This document shows, piece after piece, positions 9,590-17,900 of a stretch of DNA of 40,853 nucleotides. The DNA comes from Candidatus Roizmanbacteria bacterium CG_4_10_14_0_8_um_filter_39_9 (GTDB lineage Bacteria > Patescibacteriota > Microgenomatia > UBA1406 > GWC2-37-13), in assembly GCA_002784505.1 (NCBI GenBank), contig PFLF01000043.1, positions 1-40,853 on the forward strand, written 5' to 3'. The translations under genes were made by a program, and so were the position numbers. The notes beneath the pieces were generated by a model. It saw nothing but the letters and a program-made list of their open reading frames with translations. It had not been told where the DNA came from and made no database searches. Each line of letters opens with the position of its first letter. Within the stretch, counting starts at the first letter, position 1.

Positions 9590-10168
9590 ATGCAGACAGA
9601 TATTGTTTCGGTTGTTGGGCAAATTAAAAATGAAACAAACTTCATTACAAAGGCAAAATTACTCCGTTTTTTGGTTGTTGACAAGGGGATTCGTATAAAA
9701 GATATTAGTAGAACGTTGGGAATGAAGGAGTCCTATGTTTGTCATATTCTTCGGTTGAATAAATTGAACGATCTGGTAGTCGATGGGTATTATTCAAAGC
9801 TTATTTCAATAAGTCACCTCTTTATCATTGCCCGCCTTCATACGACAGAGCAGATTGAAAAAGCCTATGAAATGGTGTTAGGAAACTCATTTACCGTTTC
9901 GCAGACTGAAGAACTTATCCGTGAGATGTTGTATCAAACAAAAACGGTTGGCGAACACATGGAAAAAAAAGAGATAGACCTGCTCACTCACGAAATTGAA
10001 ATCGCACACGATGTAAAGGTAAAAGTTGTGCAGACACGGATCAAGACAAAATGTCTTATTGAGATTTCGGGGAGTCTTCAGGATGCAACTCCTAGGCTCA
10101 GATCAATCTTAAAAATACTAGGAGAAACTCAAAAAGTACCCTCGAAGGATGAGGATGTCACTGCGTAG
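9590..10168 (+). CDS. ParB/Spo0J-like DNA-binding protein lacking the N-terminal ParB/Srx (CTPase) domain
   Basis: HTH 'ISRTLGMKESYVCHILRLNKL' compares with ParB 'GKSRSHVANLLRLLxL'. 'SISHLFIIARL' compares with 'GHARALL'. 'FTVSQTEELI' compares with 'SVRxTEXLV'. The C-terminal segment 'VKVKVVQTRIKTKCLIEISGS...LRSILKIL' looks like the dimerisation region. Confidence 0.6.
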   Translation: MQTDIVSVVGQIKNETNFITKAKLLRFLVVDKGIRIKDISRTLGMKESYVCHILRLNKLNDLVVDGYYSKLISISHLFIIARLHTTEQIEKAYEMVLGNSFTVSQTEELIREMLYQTKTVGEHMEKKEIDLLTHEIEIAHDVKVKVVQTRIKTKCLIEISGSLQDATPRLRSILKILGETQKVPSKDEDVTA

Positions 10169-10738
10169 CTTTACGGGAAATGGATTGTTAATGGTTCCCA
10201 CTTTATTTGCGGGAAAATAGCGGTAAAATACATGGCCTATTACACTTGATTCCGGCACCGGCCCAAATTCACGTGAATCAGAGGACCGAGGGCGGTTATC
10301 TCCCATTACAAATATTTCACCCGGAGGCACCTTGGTTGGTTCTCCATTTTTTGAAAACCCGCCTTCCCAAAGGTTTGTTTTGTCGGAAATATATCCTTCA
10401 TCGAGGACAATTCCATTAACTGAAACTACTGAGTCTTTTACCATTACCTCATCACCGGGAAGTCCGATGATTCGTTTAATATACTCAATATCAGGATTTT
10501 TTGGCGACTTAAACACAACCACATCTCCGCGCTCAAATCCACGCATTTTGTAGGTAATTTTACTGGTGAAAATATAATCACCCGAATTAAAAGTTGGATC
10601 CATCGAAGCCCCTTTAACCTGATTTGGCTGCATAATAAAAAGATAGACGACAATAAAAAGGGAACCGATAAAAACGACCGTTTCCAATATATCCATCACA
10701 AACTCAAACATACCCTTCAAAATCCTCATCATATCCAT
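10118..10738 (-). CDS. lepB: Signal peptidase I (bacterial type, LepB)
   Basis: 'VKGASMDPTF' holds the catalytic Ser, 'YIKRIIGLPGD' the Lys box, and 'GDNRPRSSDSREFGPV' is present. The ATG at 10738 is preferred over the track's TTG at 10774, which would overlap a good promoter for tRNA-Val. Confidence 0.85.
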   Translation of the reverse strand: MDMMRILKGMFEFVMDILETVVFIGSLFIVVYLFIMQPNQVKGASMDPTFNSGDYIFTSKITYKMRGFERGDVVVFKSPKNPDIEYIKRIIGLPGDEVMVKDSVVSVNGIVLDEGYISDKTNLWEGGFSKNGEPTKVPPGEIFVMGDNRPRSSDSREFGPVPESSVIGHVFYRYFPANKVGTINNPFPVKLRSDILILRGYFLSFS

Positions 10739-10756
10739 TGATTGTAATGAACAAGG

Positions 10757-10785
10757 TTGCAAAAAACAAGCCAAATCATTACAAT
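10757..10785 (+). promoter_or_regulatory. Candidate promoter for tRNA-Val and the downstream gene
   Basis: TTGCAA (10757-10762), a 17-nt spacer and TACAAT (10780-10785), about 16 nt upstream of the tRNA 5' end. Confidence 0.5.
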
Positions 10786-10801
10786 TGAGTCATAGGTATT
10801 T

Positions 10802-10874
10802 GGACCCGTGGCTCAGTTGGTAGAGCGCTTCATTCACATTGAAGAGGTCACAGGTTCGAGTCCTGTCGGGTCCA
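10802..10874 (+). tRNA. tRNA-Val (anticodon CAC)
   Basis: The cloverleaf folds by hand. Acceptor GGACCCG/CGGGTCC, D stem GCTC/GAGC, anticodon stem CTTCA/TGAAG with loop TTCACAT, and T arm ACAGG-TTCGAGT-CCTGT. The discriminator is A, and CCA is not encoded. Confidence 0.9.
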
Positions 10875-10898
10875 CAAAGGTTTATTAATTTTCGTCTT

Positions 10899-12899
10899 AT
10901 GAAAAAAGGCTTTAGTTGGTTAGTTGTCTTTTTTGCGGTTCTTGCCGTCACCGGCATTGCGGGTGGAGCATATTATCTTGGAACACGAACAAATGCTCCC
11001 AAGGCGGCATCAACCTCCCACAGTCAATCATCTTTGCAATTCACCTCGTTGTCTTCATCGTCACTTCAACAGACGAAAGAACCTCTTTTCACCGGCTCCG
11101 TGAAAAAGATAACTAAGGATTTAGAGCTTTTTAAAATATCAGAAATTGATAAGGAAAACGGAGTACCCGATTCGATCGTATATTATGAAGCAGGAACGTT
11201 TGTACGAGGAGAGTTTAAAGATTATACAAGGATCCTGGCGATTCGCCCGTCTGAAGGACCAGGTCCCAGTATGCAATTTTTGCTTGCAACGAAAGATTAC
11301 CGTACGTATTTACTCGATGATCCGGGAAGTAAAACTGTCAACTACCCCGAGAGTGATTGGGATAATCCCTTCACCTACCTTGATAGAAGCAAAATTTCAA
11401 AAACGGTATCGCTTGATACCGATCACCCAAAAATAATTGAGGTTGAAAAACCATTTGTGCTGATCAGACAGGATTCGATCCTTCTTGAAAACAAAAAATC
11501 CGGGAATAAAGACAAAAATGGGTATGATGTCTATCTTGAGTCCCCGATAACTGCTTTTGCTAAGTCTGATATTGTTCCCTCAAACCAGACACAGCTAACT
11601 CTTTACATCGGAGGAACTGACTGGGGGAGCGGTGAAGGCTATGGCGATAAAGAAAAAAAAGATCTTGCCATCCGAAAAACATATTTAAGTAAAACTACGT
11701 ACTTGCACGGAGCCGATTCGACGGGGCTTTCATATTCCTATGTCCTTTCAACAAAAAGTGATGTTGACGCTTACTTGGCAAAAGCTGCGACTGCAGAACA
11801 GGAAGTGATTGCGTATAAAAAACAGATCGCTCTGTACAATGAAAAAAAATTATCCGAATATCCGAAGTCTCCCGATTATATAACATTCCCCGGCATGCGT
11901 CTTGACAACTCAACAACAGCAATCCCGGCAGATTTTTACGCAACCTATGACTCGGCATTTCCCGGAGCATGTGGTGGGGGTCAAAGCACTTTTCTTGTTG
12001 ATCTCATCAAAGACTCAGATCTTCAGGCAGTGTCTTCTTCCTCAGATTACCCGCTTTTTATTTTGAAAGACACAAAACATCCTCTGTATGAATTGGCATA
12101 TCGTGTGAAAACGGAACAAGGCGAAGAATCGTTTAAGGGAGTAAATGACGGGAAATCCATTCCGACATTTGAGGCCTACGTTGCAGATCACCCGCTGGTC
12201 TTTTTCAAGGATGCATGGGGGAGGTGGGGTGTAATGGGTGAATATGATTTCAAACTTATGGGTGGATGCGGGAAACCTGTAATTTATCTTTATCCTGAAA
12301 AGGAAACGAATGTTCACCTGTCATTTGCAGCGCCCTTTTCTTTAAACACTCAAATCCCCAGTTACCATGATGGGTGGTTTGTAAATGCAAAACCGAACGG
12401 AACTTTAACCGACCTTCAGTCGAAATATACGGACTGTTCGAAGATTGATGAAACAATATTTGGTTCTGAATATGCAGGAGCCGCATGTAAATCAAACTCC
12501 TATCCATACATCTACTGGTCAGGAAAAAGTGTTGAGAATCAATATCCGAAGGTGGGCGGAGGATGGATGGTTGAAAAAGAAAATCTTGGAGTGTTTATGA
12601 AAGCTAAGTTGAATGAAATGGGGCTGAATGAAAAAGAATCAAACGATATGACTTCCTATTGGGTTCCAAAGATGAGTGAAAAAAACGCCCCCTATTATCG
12701 AATAAGCTTTTTGCAAACTCAGGCAATGAATAAATTTATCCCGATGGATGTTAATCCAAAGCCGGACTCAGTAATCCGTGTATTTCTTGACTTTAAAGCG
12801 CTTGAGGTCAAGCCTTCAGTGATTCCCGTACCTCAGACGTTGCAAAGGTTTGTCCGCAATGGATTTACGTTGGTTGAATGGGGCGGGTTGATTGAGTAA
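10899..12899 (+). CDS. Hypothetical large exported or membrane-anchored protein
   Basis: The ATG at 10899 lies downstream of the tRNA; the track's start at 10839 lies inside the tRNA. There is an N-terminal TM 'FSWLVVFFAVLAVTGIAGGAYYL' and a Ser-rich linker. The C-terminal region 'GGCGKPVIYLYPEKETNVHLSF...' belongs to no family I can name. Confidence 0.6.
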   Translation: MKKGFSWLVVFFAVLAVTGIAGGAYYLGTRTNAPKAASTSHSQSSLQFTSLSSSSLQQTKEPLFTGSVKKITKDLELFKISEIDKENGVPDSIVYYEAGTFVRGEFKDYTRILAIRPSEGPGPSMQFLLATKDYRTYLLDDPGSKTVNYPESDWDNPFTYLDRSKISKTVSLDTDHPKIIEVEKPFVLIRQDSILLENKKSGNKDKNGYDVYLESPITAFAKSDIVPSNQTQLTLYIGGTDWGSGEGYGDKEKKDLAIRKTYLSKTTYLHGADSTGLSYSYVLSTKSDVDAYLAKAATAEQEVIAYKKQIALYNEKKLSEYPKSPDYITFPGMRLDNSTTAIPADFYATYDSAFPGACGGGQSTFLVDLIKDSDLQAVSSSSDYPLFILKDTKHPLYELAYRVKTEQGEESFKGVNDGKSIPTFEAYVADHPLVFFKDAWGRWGVMGEYDFKLMGGCGKPVIYLYPEKETNVHLSFAAPFSLNTQIPSYHDGWFVNAKPNGTLTDLQSKYTDCSKIDETIFGSEYAGAACKSNSYPYIYWSGKSVENQYPKVGGGWMVEKENLGVFMKAKLNEMGLNEKESNDMTSYWVPKMSEKNAPYYRISFLQTQAMNKFIPMDVNPKPDSVIRVFLDFKALEVKPSVIPVPQTLQRFVRNGFTLVEWGGLIE

Positions 12900-12903
12900 G
12901 AGT

Positions 12904-12942
12904 TTAACACTTCCGAAATGATTAACAGTTCGGAAGTGTTAA
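12904..12942. repeat. 39-nt REP-like palindromic element (copy L), 3' flank of the RAYT gene
   Basis: TTAACACTTCCGAA-ATGATTAACAG-TTCGGAAGTGTTAA forms a perfect 14-bp stem. It lies 4 nt after the stop of the 10899-12899 gene and encodes the last residues and stop of the transposase. Confidence 0.8.
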
Positions 12943-13572
12943 AGATTCAAGATAATTTTTGTACAATTCATTTTTTCCCTTGCAAAATTTACTGTTTATT
13001 ATAGTTTCTGTTTCTATTTTATATGGATTATTTTTACCCATATACGCATTAATGGATGAAAAGCGATATGAATATATTCCATTAATCTTTTTGATGAGGC
13101 CGGAGGTATATGGATTTACATGAATATAGCGTGATACAAAGAGTAATTGTTCTTCTGATCGTATTCTTTTTGCTTTAAATTGGGTTAGAAAAACGGGGCC
13201 CTTTCGATCATGAATAGTATTGTACAGTCGAGTAATAGATATGAGCGTTTTGATCATTGTATCTTCAATGCCGTTTGGATGTAGTTGTCGAACTAATAAA
13301 TGATAATGATTTGGCATAAGACAGTACGCAAGAATTTGAATGCGGAATGACCCTTCATCAACAACTTTTTTCATGATTTGGTCGGCTATTCCATACCTGC
13401 AACTTTTCAGATACGAATACCTCATCGTGCTCTTTAGCGATCGGTAATATGTTAGAGTATTAATGAATCTGGTTGAGATAGTGTCGTTTGAAAATATTCG
13501 TATAGATTCAACGGTTTTGTCATAAACATGATATATGTTTCCATCACTGAATGGAATAAATCTCTTTGGCAT
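12922..13572 (-). CDS. IS200-like / REP-associated HUH tyrosine transposase (RAYT-like, Y1 family)
   Basis: The HUH motif is 'CLMPNHYHLLV' and the catalytic Tyr motif is 'SRYIHVNPYTSGL' (YIHxNP). The gene is bracketed by two copies of the same 39-nt palindromic element. Confidence 0.8.
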   Translation of the reverse strand: MPKRFIPFSDGNIYHVYDKTVESIRIFSNDTISTRFINTLTYYRSLKSTMRYSYLKSCRYGIADQIMKKVVDEGSFRIQILAYCLMPNHYHLLVRQLHPNGIEDTMIKTLISITRLYNTIHDRKGPVFLTQFKAKRIRSEEQLLFVSRYIHVNPYTSGLIKKINGIYSYRFSSINAYMGKNNPYKIETETIINSKFCKGKNELYKNYLESLTLPNC

Positions 13573-13680
13573 ATTTACATCCTATTTGTAGCACTAAGAA
13601 TATTAAACGGCTTATAGACAACAAATCATTAACTTTGAAGCGTCATAAAACAATAAAAAACTCGAACCTAGTCTTTGTAT

Positions 13681-13719
13681 TTATCAGTTCGGAAATGATT
13701 AACAGTTCGGAAGTGATAA
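13681..13719. repeat. 39-nt REP-like element (copy R), 5' flank of the RAYT gene
   Basis: TTATCAGTTCGGAA-ATGATTAACAG-TTCGGAAGTGATAA has a central 25 nt identical to copy L. The outer stem is kept by a compensatory pair change (TTAAC/GTTAA versus TTATC/GATAA). Confidence 0.8.
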
Positions 13720-13756
13720 CTTGGGGGTGCTGCTGCTACGGATTTTGTTATTGAGG

Positions 13757-14968
13757 TTATTGTTGAGATTGTTGTTGAAGAGACCTTATCCGAAGTAACA
13801 TGATGGTGACTATTATCAGAGCGTCGGTAAGAATAAAATACCTGCCGAATACAGACATTGTATTTGGAAATAGCAGATATGAATAGGTAAGGCATTTGTT
13901 CATCAGTCTAAAGATGAGAAACGATAAAGCAGCAATCAAAGCTCCTCCTAATTTTGGAGCCTTTTTACTCATATCTTTTACAAAGCGGAAATAGTACAAA
14001 GCTGCAAAAAGTCCCTCACCCAGAAGTATCTGCCACCAGATAAGATTACATGTGATTGATGCGCCTTCTACTTGACCGGTAGATGATGAGGATGAGGAAG
14101 AACCGCCTGATAGAGTAGGCGTGGTTTCTGTTGAAACTCCCTCAACCTGTCCTCCTGTGAAAGGAGCAAAAAATCGGGAGGTGGCTCCTAAAACACTTCC
14201 AGAGCTTGATGAGGATGATGATGAAGAAGTACTACAGCTTGAGGCATTGATAGTCACACTCTTTGACGGATACCCATTCTCAGGCTCCGCCTTTACCGTA
14301 TCGTCTCCGGTATGGGTATACCCGACCTGCGCTTTTCCATTTGAACCGGTTACCGCTTCCTTAACTTCTCCTTTATAAGTAAATTTGACATTGATGCCGG
14401 ACTGAACGACCCCATCATATTTTAACTCCATAATGGCATCAAAGTCCGAGTTAGTACAAGAAGTGGAAAGAGACGACGTCTTGCCGGTCAACGGAGATAT
14501 AAAGCTCATTGTTAGATCAAATTGGGTAGAAGTATTTTGATACTCATTTCCAGCGTCAGTGTCCATGGTTAATGCAAATGCAAATGTCTCACTTGACCCA
14601 TTACCCAAACTGGATAATAACTCAGTTTCTCCATTGGTATAAAATGCGCTCAATAAGCCGGTCCATGCTGTTGTACTGTCAGATCTGGTAATGACAAGAT
14701 TCATCACTTGATCCAGACCACCTGTTGTTGTTTCGCCAGATGTATCTGCGCCGATTTTTTGGCTTGAACCACTCGTATTGGTAATTTGAATTGTCTTTGT
14801 TAACGTTTTACCCGGATACCATACTTCGGATGAGGAGAAAAAATGGGTGATTGTTGAAGGAGTACAACCTGAGTCGGTACAGCTTATATTATCATCTGCG
14901 GCAAAGGCAGTTTGAGTTAGAAACAGTACCCCTAGTCCGATAAGCACTGTTAAAAAAATCCTTTTCAT
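13757..14968 (-). CDS. Secreted TasA/camelysin-fold domain protein with an Ig-like/CarboxypepD_reg-like domain, Ser-rich linker and C-terminal multi-TM anchor
   Basis: The signal peptide is '...LTQTAFA/ADD'. 'VWYPGKTLTKTIQITNTSG', 'LDQVMNLVI' and 'DAGNEYQNTSTQFDLTMSF' resemble the TasA/Peptidase_M73 pattern. There are poly-Ser tracts, and hydrophobic helices follow 'ITCNLIWWQILLG'. The start lies 1 nt after the upstream stop. Confidence 0.6.
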   Translation of the reverse strand: MKRIFLTVLIGLGVLFLTQTAFAADDNISCTDSGCTPSTITHFFSSSEVWYPGKTLTKTIQITNTSGSSQKIGADTSGETTTGGLDQVMNLVITRSDSTTAWTGLLSAFYTNGETELLSSLGNGSSETFAFALTMDTDAGNEYQNTSTQFDLTMSFISPLTGKTSSLSTSCTNSDFDAIMELKYDGVVQSGINVKFTYKGEVKEAVTGSNGKAQVGYTHTGDDTVKAEPENGYPSKSVTINASSCSTSSSSSSSSSGSVLGATSRFFAPFTGGQVEGVSTETTPTLSGGSSSSSSSTGQVEGASITCNLIWWQILLGEGLFAALYYFRFVKDMSKKAPKLGGALIAALSFLIFRLMNKCLTYSYLLFPNTMSVFGRYFILTDALIIVTIMLLRIRSLQQQSQQ

Positions 14969-14969
14969 A

Positions 14970-17900
14970 TTATAAGTTTTCCTCCAAAGTTATTTTCACT
15001 CCATCTTTGTCCGTCAAAATAATAATCAATTTAACATTTTTTACATCAGTATCGTAGGTGCAGACTTCACCCGAACAGGTGGCTAGGTCAAGATCAGTCT
15101 TTTCATACTTATCAAGCGAAGAAATATCAACATCCGATCCTACCAGTCCTTTTGCGATGCTGAATGCGTCATAACTTAATTCATATGAGAGTTTGTCATA
15201 GTCGGCGATATTTTGTACGGAGAATGATACCGTTTTTCTATCATCTGCCAAGGTAAGAGTTGCCTCAGGCGTTGCACTAACGGTGGGAGTTGGCCTTACA
15301 GAAGTTGTCAGGTGGGCCAATGGTTCGTTTTCCGAACGGTTTTCAGTCCGGGGAGTTCCCCTTACGTCAGATCCAACGGTGCCCGTGGTAAAAAACTCTG
15401 TGCGCGATGCACTGTCAATACATGAGTACCAGTTTAAAGGATCCATTCCGATTCCCGGCACCGATGTCCGCTCCATCGAATAATATTTAAGATCGATTGC
15501 ATCATATAAACCTTCACCCTCTCCAGTTGAAAGGTCGTAAGTGTAGTCCCATGCCGTATCAAGCACATTGCTTAATGGATCAGTCAGCTGTAGTTGTAAA
15601 TGTCCGGCTGCAAGAGCAACCGACGTGGTCACCAGATCTGCGGTTACGGATGATTTTAATTGACTGCCCGCAGTTCCAGGAGCATAATTTGTGATAAGGA
15701 AATAGCTGTGAGGAGCTACGGAGGAAGAAGGAAGGGTAACCATATCTGCATAGGTTGTACCATTATATTTCTGGATTTTAAAGCCGGATAAATCTATAGT
15801 CCTATCAGTCATATTGCGAAGTTCGATCCATTCGTCGGCAGTTGAAACACTTGTTCCCATCCACATGAGTTCGTTGATAACAATATCGCCAGCTGTCACG
15901 CTTGTTAAAGGTGCAAGCGCGGTTGTCGTCCCTGTAGTTGTATCAATTCCTGACCAGTTCGGCGCTTCATCTGCCGCACGGATTGCAAAGTAATAGGCGG
16001 TTGAAGGATTAAGTCCTAGGATTTCTACTGACTCATTCAAGCCCGCTTCTTGCGGAACCGGTATCTTGCCTGCAGATGTTGCGGAATTAAAATTGTCTTC
16101 GGTTATGATAGGGGAGGTAGAATACCGGATATCGTACTTCGCCGCTCGTCCTGAAGAACCGTTGTTACCAGGGGAGGTCCAAGTAAGGGTTGCCGTGTTT
16201 ATGCGAATCTCAGCAACTCCAAGATCATTTATTGTCGCAGGAGCTTGATTATCAGTGATGACCTGGACACGGTAGATGGAGCTATTGTTTCCCGCATTAT
16301 CAACTGCGTAGTATTCGACCCAATGATCCCCATGTTCTGTAACTTGGAATGTCGAGGAAGTTTGCTGCCACGATTCCCCCCCAATGCGATATTCATAATG
16401 GTTTATACCGGAAAGCGCATCACTTCCGACGAGAGTATATGTTGCATGTCCTGGGGCAGATACAAAATATGTGGTTATCGCATCTACGTATGCCCAAGAT
16501 TGAAGGGTATTATCAGTAGTATTACCCGCATAAATTGCAAGATTAAGTTTGTCACTATTTGCATAATCACTCAGGTCATAAGAAAACTGCTGCCAACCGG
16601 TATTTCGCGCAACTCCAAAATCTGCCGTACTGAGAACCGATGGATCCGTCTTGAATATTTCCTGGCCGTTTAGCCGGATAAAAAACCCGGGATCGTCAAA
16701 TGCATTATCATAGGAGGCATAGTTATAATGAAGCGACAGACCCTTAGCTCCTCCTGATACTGATTGCATGAGTCTATTTTCCCAAACTTTATTTCCTTCA
16801 TCTGAAGGATAGGCATAATTACCGATACGCGCCATAGACGATGAACCATCATATGGATTAATCACTAAGTCTGTCTCTGGAAATGGTTGGGTAATGATAT
16901 CCCCCGTTGTAATTGCCACATCTCCAGCTGTTGTCCACCCGGTTAATCCGCTTTCCAAACCTCCGTTTGTAAATTTCTCTTCAACGGCTTTTGTATATGA
17001 GCCCTCAATTGAAAGGGAGAGGGATGATGGGGCTACTTGATCAAGAGTGAGTCCGCAGCTATTAGATATAACGCTCTCATTGCCAGCTTTATCAACCGCT
17101 ATGATTGTATATGAATATGGATTATTACCAGGCGTCATGTTTCCAAAATATTGAGTAGTTGGATGATAAACCTTGGCATGTTTGGTATTGGATTTAGTAC
17201 CAAACCAATAATAGTCTATATTTGGATCTGTACTCGGATACCACTCGATTGTTATATGGGTATCATTGGTAAAACCGCCGCAGCCGACCTCAGTCCATGT
17301 AGATGAATTATGGCCTTTATAAATTGTTTTTACTTGCGGTTTTAAAGGCTTGGTGCTGTCAAGGGTCAGTTTCCAGACTTCACTCCACGCACTTCTGTTG
17401 CCGACTGTGTCTATTGCCTGTACCCGCCACCAAAATATGCCATCAGGTGCGCCGCTTGCATTTTTAACTATCCGCTCTTCACCACCTATTGTTTGTTTAT
17501 TTGCGATGGTATAGGTTGCGGTATAACGCACTTGGCCGGCAGGGCAGATTTGACCTGCATACAATTGTGGATCAACTCCGCAACTTTCATAATAATACGT
17601 AACAGGATTTGACCCGTGTTCATCTACTACATATTGCCAAGTTTGTTGTAACCCAGCGCTATTCATGATGGTATTATTTGCCGGGGAGCGAAGTAAAGGT
17701 ACAGGAGGCGGGACAAAGTCTTTAGCTGAAATGCTTATACCGGATGCATCAATGTTTTTTAACCATAAAGCATTAATTGTCTTGTATGAAAAAATACTCA
17801 GAGGTAAGAAAAGAAAAATAAGAATCCCAACAACAGTGTGCGGCGTTTTTATTGGTTTATTTTCTTCACTGCGTTTTTTGCGCATCTCTTCGAGTATGCC

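Noticed and set aside
10839-10898. The track's start for the 686-aa ORF (GTG at 10839, 'MKRSQVRVLSGPQ...')
   Set aside because: The first 12 codons lie inside tRNA-Val (10802-10874). The ATG at 10899, directly before the TM segment, is the credible start.
13566-13895. ORFs of 62 aa (+) and 75 aa (-) across the RAYT upstream region
   Set aside because: They are read through the REP element ('ISSEMINSSEVI' is simply the repeat translated) or overlap the 3' end of the 403-aa gene. They have no translation signals.
14040-14260. Poly-Ser/Gly-encoding tract in the 403-aa gene as a tandem DNA repeat or variable region
   Set aside because: The DNA is only loosely repetitive, with mixed Ser codons and two short near-repeats. 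It is better explained as a low-complexity linker than as a defined repeat array.
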